Assembly: GCA_965222225.1 (NCBI GenBank)
Contig: CBDCTK010000002.1
Coordinates: 4,448,001 to 4,512,000 of the forward strand
DNA from: Candidatus Poribacteria bacterium
GTDB taxonomy: Bacteria; Poribacteria; WGA-4E; JAJDTR01
Direction of reading: 5' to 3'
Length of the DNA stretch: 64,000 nt
Part shown: positions 60,500 through 64,000 of the stretch, one piece after another
How positions within the stretch are numbered: position 1 is the first letter of the stretch
Layout of the letters: every line of letters begins with the position of its first letter
Notes under the pieces: generated by a model
Seen by the model: only the letters and a program-made list of their open reading frames with translations
Told to the model about the DNA's origin: nothing
Database searches by the model: none
Position numbers and translations under genes: made by a program

Positions 60500-62158
60500 T
60501 TAATCTCGTACTTTCTTGCATTGTAACTCTACCTCGCTAAATCCAAGCCCTGTCAACACATCTTCTAAGGTCTTATCCGCCTTTTCGCGTGTGATGCGTG
60601 CTTCCGTTAAGTCCGCGAGAATCTCATACACTAATCGATATTCAATCTTATCTCCCACGTCCACAAACTGGGAGGGACTCAGGTTATAATCGGTTTTTCG
60701 GGCATCTTCTAGGGTGATAACGCGGCTCAACTTCTCGCGAGATTTCCACGCTTGATAAACCTCTGACGCTGCATCGATTCCTTCGTCGGTCAAGGCATTT
60801 TTCGGCGCCTGTTTCACAAAATACTTTGAGAGGTTGATGAGTAGGATTTGGTCTTTGCGTTCGATTGGTTTGCTTCGGTTGAGCAGTAAAACGATGCCCG
60901 GCGCGCTAGTGTTATAGAACAGGTTTTCAGGCAAAAGTATCACGCCTTCAATCAGGTCGTTTTCCACAAACCCCTTGCGAATGTCACGCTCGCGGTTGGT
61001 GTGTTTACTGCCAGAGCCGCGAGAGACGGCGCCGGTATCCAGCACAATGGCGGCGCGTCCGTTGGCGTTCAGGGACGCCAGCATGTGCTGAACCCATGCC
61101 CAGTCTGCAGATGAGCTCGGGGGCACGCCATAGCCAAACCGTCCCCACCGGTCATTGTCGTAGAAGGTCTCGTTGTACTCCTTCTGATTCCACATCGGAT
61201 TGGCGAGCACATAATCAAAGCGTTTGAGCGTCGAATCATTAGCCACAAAGCCCGGCTTGCGGAAGGTGTCGCCGATACGCAGATCCGCTCCGATAAAGTC
61301 GTGAAGAAAGGCGTTCATCTTCGCCATGGCGAAGGTGGTGGGAGTTAGTTCCTGTCCGTAGATTTTCGGGGCTTGGCTCTCTTTATCGGGATGGGCTTGC
61401 TCAAATAGCAGGCGCGGTTTAATGAGCAGACCGCCCGAACCGCACGCCGGATCGTAGATGGTGGTGTACGGTTCAGGGTTAATGAGCCGCGCCATTAACC
61501 AGCCGACCTCTTTCGGCGTGTAGAACTCGCCGGCGCTCTGTCCCTGGTCCTCGGCAAATTTTCGCAGCAGGTATTCGTAGGCGCGTCCCAAAATATCCGG
61601 TTCCGTGTCCTTCAACCCAAGCCGATACCGGCTTAATACCTCAATCAGGGCTTCCAGCCGGTCGTCGTCTAGGGTGCGTTGTCCGCTCTGTTGTTCGTTA
61701 AAGTCGCGTACATCAAGGACACCGCGCAACAGCGGATTCAGACGGGCAACCTCGCGCATGGCTTCGGTGACGAACTCGCCCAAGCCGCCATCCGCCGGAT
61801 GGTTGCGAAGTTGCTTCCAACTGTACTTTTGGGGGATATAGAAACGTACAATCGGGGGACGTTCGTTTTTGAGCGCATCCTCATGGTCAGCTTCGATGAT
61901 GTCTCGTGCCGTTTCCTCATCGCCAAATTCGGTAACCTGTTCGGCAAATTCATCATCGAACACATTCGAGAGCCGCTTGTAGAAAATCAGAGGTAGAATA
62001 AAATCCTTGAATTTTGGCGCGTCGGTTGCCCCGCGAATCACGCAGGCGGCATCCCACAGCCATGTCTCTAGCGTGGAGATGTCTAACTCCTCTTGCTCTG
62101 GGGTGGGGAATTCAAGCGTCGTTTGGGGCGGGTCGGAGGCGGTTTGGTTCTTTGGCAA
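60500..62158 (-). CDS. hsdM: Type I R-M N6-adenine methyltransferase
   Basis: LWDAA..IRG, GRAYEYL..KFA, GEFYTP, YDPACGSGG, ANPMW, LP.NLFYNT. Confidence 0.95.
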   Translation of the reverse strand: MPKNQTASDPPQTTLEFPTPEQEELDISTLETWLWDAACVIRGATDAPKFKDFILPLIFYKRLSNVFDDEFAEQVTEFGDEETARDIIEADHEDALKNERPPIVRFYIPQKYSWKQLRNHPADGGLGEFVTEAMREVARLNPLLRGVLDVRDFNEQQSGQRTLDDDRLEALIEVLSRYRLGLKDTEPDILGRAYEYLLRKFAEDQGQSAGEFYTPKEVGWLMARLINPEPYTTIYDPACGSGGLLIKPRLLFEQAHPDKESQAPKIYGQELTPTTFAMAKMNAFLHDFIGADLRIGDTFRKPGFVANDSTLKRFDYVLANPMWNQKEYNETFYDNDRWGRFGYGVPPSSSADWAWVQHMLASLNANGRAAIVLDTGAVSRGSGSKHTNRERDIRKGFVENDLIEGVILLPENLFYNTSAPGIVLLLNRSKPIERKDQILLINLSKYFVKQAPKNALTDEGIDAASEVYQAWKSREKLSRVITLEDARKTDYNLSPSQFVDVGDKIEYRLVYEILADLTEARITREKADKTLEDVLTGLGFSEVELQCKKVRD

Positions 62159-62206
62159 TGGTTGTTCTCCCGTTGATTTCAGGGTACTGATGTAAAACCT
62201 AACATA

Positions 62207-63064
62207 TCAAATGAGGGTTAATTGGTCAGGACTTGGCGGAAGTGTCAAATGAAATATTACAAAAACTCTATCCCTGTCTTTATCCCGTAATGCCTCGCAG
62301 TGACAGGGCATCTTCTTGCCGCTAGGAAAAGGGACATAGCTCTTCTCTTCAATAGCCTCAGAATCCGAAAACGCTTGATGTATCAAGTGGTCATCAGGAA
62401 TTCTTGCGTTTTTTGCCAACGGATATTTACTACTAGGTGACGAGGCTGAATAAGCTACGTGCAGCGTCGGTAGGGGCGAACGATACTGGTCATCAAGAAG
62501 ATGACCTTGAGAAGGTGCCGTTTTGTTCGGCACCAGGCCATATTCACAAATGGCAGAAATACATGAATTCGGCGCAACTTGGGCAAGTTGAATCGTCGTC
62601 GCAATTGCCGAACTTCCGAAATGGCGGGAGGCAAAGGGAATCAGTCCGACATTAAATCCCTTTTCTTCAGTAAGCTTTATGAATTCTTCGCTGGGCATCA
62701 AGAATTCAGCCGCGCCAATATTGCAGAGTCGTTCTAATTGTCTCTTGTATTCACCCTCTTGGTCCAAAGTCGCATCGTGAATCTCTGAAATTAATTCTCC
62801 ATCCTCATTAATTAGATGATGCGTGACTTCATGAAATCGAGTGAATTGCTTTCGCTCTTCATTCTGAATGCGAGAATTGACGAGAATTGTACGCTCAGCT
62901 AGTAATCCGTCTACTTCCAGACGCAACTCTACTTCTTTCGTGTTCAATCCTAGGCCCGCCTGAATTTCGTCAAATCTTGGGATTGGGGTTGAAGCGTATT
63001 TCTTTACAGTGTCTCGAACCAATTCCAGAGCATGTGTTCTCATGTCCTTCACGGAAAGTTGCAT
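62207..63064 (-). CDS. ImmA/IrrE-family metallopeptidase (CapP-like)
   Basis: R..FT..HEVTH (HExxH), E.LCN.GAAEFLMP, HTH-like F.SS..A, extra C-terminal domain. Confidence 0.88.
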   Translation of the reverse strand: MQLSVKDMRTHALELVRDTVKKYASTPIPRFDEIQAGLGLNTKEVELRLEVDGLLAERTILVNSRIQNEERKQFTRFHEVTHHLINEDGELISEIHDATLDQEGEYKRQLERLCNIGAAEFLMPSEEFIKLTEEKGFNVGLIPFASRHFGSSAIATTIQLAQVAPNSCISAICEYGLVPNKTAPSQGHLLDDQYRSPLPTLHVAYSASSPSSKYPLAKNARIPDDHLIHQAFSDSEAIEEKSYVPFPSGKKMPCHCEALRDKDRDRVFVIFHLTLPPSPDQLTLI

Positions 63065-63065
63065 T

Positions 63066-63467
63066 TTAGTCCTCTCGCGAAGAAAAAATCCGTCTGAGAT
63101 TTAGATGCAGTTCCACCCATTCCTTCTTAGAGGCTGGCTTTCTACCCCGAAAGTCAAGTCTCATCAGAAATTCCTTCCAGTCGTCATCAATCTCATCTTC
63201 GTAATCAGTGTCTGACAGGAATTCTGAGAATCCTTCGGGATAGGTTTCGCGTGCCGATTCGCCCATCTCTTCAACCCCGGTAAACAGCTCTTGTACCGTC
63301 ATGGCATAAGCTTTAGCAACCTTTTGGAGGGTCTCTATGGATGGATTCACAACGTCACGCTCAATGTCAGAAAGATATGGCACAGACAGATCGGACCGTT
63401 CCTTCAAATCCTTCAACGTGAACTTGTGTTGCTTGCGGATAAGTCGGAGCCGTTCACCTAGTTTCAT
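63066..63467 (-). CDS. XRE-family HTH regulator (CapH-like)
   Basis: LGERLR..RK....TL..L.....LS..YLS.IER...NPS..TL..A, short C-terminal domain. Confidence 0.9.
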   Translation of the reverse strand: MKLGERLRLIRKQHKFTLKDLKERSDLSVPYLSDIERDVVNPSIETLQKVAKAYAMTVQELFTGVEEMGESARETYPEGFSEFLSDTDYEDEIDDDWKEFLMRLDFRGRKPASKKEWVELHLNLRRIFSSRED

Positions 63468-63529
63468 CGCTATTTTTCTCCCTGTTTTGAGATTTAATCA
63501 AATCCTTCCCTCATTTAACGTGTAGGATT

Positions 63530-63558
63530 ATTATATCACAAATTACTATTTTGGTGAA
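63530..63558 (-). promoter_or_regulatory. Sigma70-type promoter for the HTH/peptidase/R-M operon
   Basis: Minus strand TTCACC-N17-TATAAT with extended -10 (TGnTATAAT). Confidence 0.6.
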
Positions 63559-63602
63559 GGCATAAAAAAACTAGAAATATTATCAAATCATTGAAAATAC
63601 CC

Positions 63603-63632
63603 TTGACAGCGCCATAGATTCGATGATACCAT
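63603..63632 (+). promoter_or_regulatory. Sigma70-type promoter for the patatin operon
   Basis: TTGACA-N18-TACCAT with TGn extension. Confidence 0.55.
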
Positions 63633-63692
63633 ACAAAATCACGTTGCGTTAGCCTATCAATGAAACTAAATCTAAGATGAGGAAAATGAAAG

Positions 63693-64000
63693 ATGAATGC
63701 TCAGAGACGAATTCTAGCACTTGACGGGGGCGGAATCAAGGGAATATTCGCCGCTTCATTTCTCGCTACTGTTGAAGATTCGATTGAAGATAGTATCGCC
63801 AACTATTTTGACCTAATCGTGGGGACTTCGACCGGTGGAATCATCGCACTGGGCCTTGGTCTAGGGTTATCCGCCAAGGAAATATTGAGGTTCTACGAAG
63901 AATCTGGCCCACGCATCTTTGGAGGCAATCGTATGTTGCGCTGTGTTAGGTGGTTGGGCAGATCGAAGTACAGTAAAACACCTTTGAAAGAAGCTCTTGA
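63693..64000 (+). CDS. Patatin-like phospholipase, CBASS CapV-like (3'-truncated by the window edge)
   Basis: MNAQRRILALDGGGIKGIF...FDLIVGTSTGGIIALGL...FYEE.GP.IF. Confidence 0.85.
   Translation, partial: MNAQRRILALDGGGIKGIFAASFLATVEDSIEDSIANYFDLIVGTSTGGIIALGLGLGLSAKEILRFYEESGPRIFGGNRMLRCVRWLGRSKYSKTPLKEAL

Overview
Bacterial chromosomal window in two parts. From 1 to about 51.5 kb it is mostly housekeeping and bioenergetic genes: the 3' part of pnp, two lipoproteins, gcvT-gcvH-gcvP, trkA-trkH and pdxH, then a ~32 kb same-strand cluster of complex I (nuoA-H, J-N, with no nuoI) running into an F1Fo ATP synthase operon. That cluster is repeatedly interrupted by cargo: a VOC pseudogene, MITEs, an IS701-like element, an ABC transporter, an antiporter, hicBA and a frameshifted dockerin/cytochrome c/Cu-monooxygenase gene. 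It is followed by a sigma54 activator, a second IS copy, a PhyH-type dioxygenase and an acyltransferase. From about 51.5 kb to the end is a defence island: AbiA-like reverse transcriptase, YgjP-like peptidase, type I R-M (hsdS carrying a nonsense codon), an Mrr-like nuclease, and an XRE-HTH/ImmA-IrrE pair (CapH/CapP-like) divergent from a patatin phospholipase that probably begins a CBASS operon. The most unusual signal is non-coding. A fixed-length ~36-bp unit (GRATYTCTATCGC-NN-TC-NN-TATYC-NN-TC-NN-TTGATY, hypervariable at set dinucleotide positions) is inserted without target duplication into REP-like hairpins, into MITEs and into itself. There are nine full copies plus nested fragments, and filled versus empty sites can be compared inside the window. 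The dockerin domain, PhyH dioxygenase and repeat style suggest a Poribacteria-like organism (inference only). All family assignments come from motif recognition by eye, not database searches.
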